NCBI GenBank assembly: GCA_037447605.1
Contig: CM074818.1
Location: 756,617 to 820,616 of the forward strand
DNA: 64,000 nucleotides
Source: Zygnema circumcarinatum SAG 698-1b
Lineage: Eukaryota > Plantae > Zygnematophyceae
Reading direction: 5' to 3'
Part shown: in pieces, positions 63,618-64,000 of the stretch
Numbering within the stretch: position 1 is the stretch's first letter
Layout of the letters: every line of letters starts with the position of its first letter
Made by a program: the position numbers and the translations under genes
The notes under the pieces: generated by a model
The model's input: the letters and a program-made list of their open reading frames with translations, nothing else
The model's database searches: none
Told to the model about the DNA's origin: nothing

Positions 63618-63682
63618 GGCAGTGTTTATCATGACCATGTTTTCTAATCGCTGGCAATCTCCTCCGCCGTTCCATCTTCTGC
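63618..63682 (-). repeat. Inverted 65-bp copy of the channel gene stop-codon region (62977-63041)
   Basis: 61/65 identical; reads AEDGTAEEIASD* versus AEDGTAEEIVRD*. Confidence 0.85.
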
Positions 63683-63684
63683 TT

Positions 63685-64000
63685 TTTTGCAATGCAACTT
63701 GGAACGGAAGAGCACCATCATCAACATGAGCAACAACTGACTGAAGCAACGGACAATCAGCAACAAGGAAACGCGAACCCAAAATAAGAGCAACAAGACC
63801 CCAACTACCCAAAAACGCAGTAAGCGCCACACGAACAGTCGGGATGAGTCCCAAACCGCCCGCCGAAATAGGGAGCGAAGCTTGCATACGTGCAAGCGGG
63901 CCCTCCAGCCGATCAAAAATACCAAGATCCAAAAGGCGATGACATACAGAAGACTAGCGCTCGTCAAAAGATTGCAATGTCTCAAGGAAAGGGTGGAAGG
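63685..64000 (-). mobile_element. Non-LTR retrotransposon RT C-terminal relic (CRE/NeSL-like)
   Basis: Minus strand ...ARMQASLPISAGGLGLIPTVRVALTAFLGSW resembles the post-RT LP.x.GGLG / AA(F/Y)L.SW region of restriction-like-endonuclease LINEs; runs off the window edge. Confidence 0.55.

Overview
Eukaryotic nuclear DNA, most likely from a streptophyte green alga (inference from a class XI myosin with land-plant-like intron positions, a polycystin-type channel and CCCTAA repeats), with intron-rich genes, CT/GA-rich introns and several N gaps. Left to right: (1) a mitochondrial cox1 5' fragment (1-833) joined to an intron of (2) a 21-exon myosin XI gene (minus strand, 12121-1036, tail exons absent); (3) a repeat mosaic containing an intact 452-bp TRIM whose 130-bp LTRs carry a tRNA-like Pol III A/B-box module; (4) a partial paralogue (exons 1-5 plus an inverted exon-25 piece) of the channel gene; (5) a coiled-coil gene; (6) interstitial telomeric repeats and nested foldback/MITE elements; (7) a ~3,000-aa FAS1-STIG1-Pro-rich-FAS1 cell-wall glycoprotein gene; (8) a Copia relic; (9) a complete 27-exon, 1,433-aa PKD2/TRPP-like channel with a Cys-rich motif, cupredoxin-like and LNR modules in its extracellular loop, and a 50-codon bacterial-type lpdA fragment in intron 17; (10) a non-LTR RT relic. 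All gene models were built by hand from splice sites and reading-frame phase. No database searches were run.
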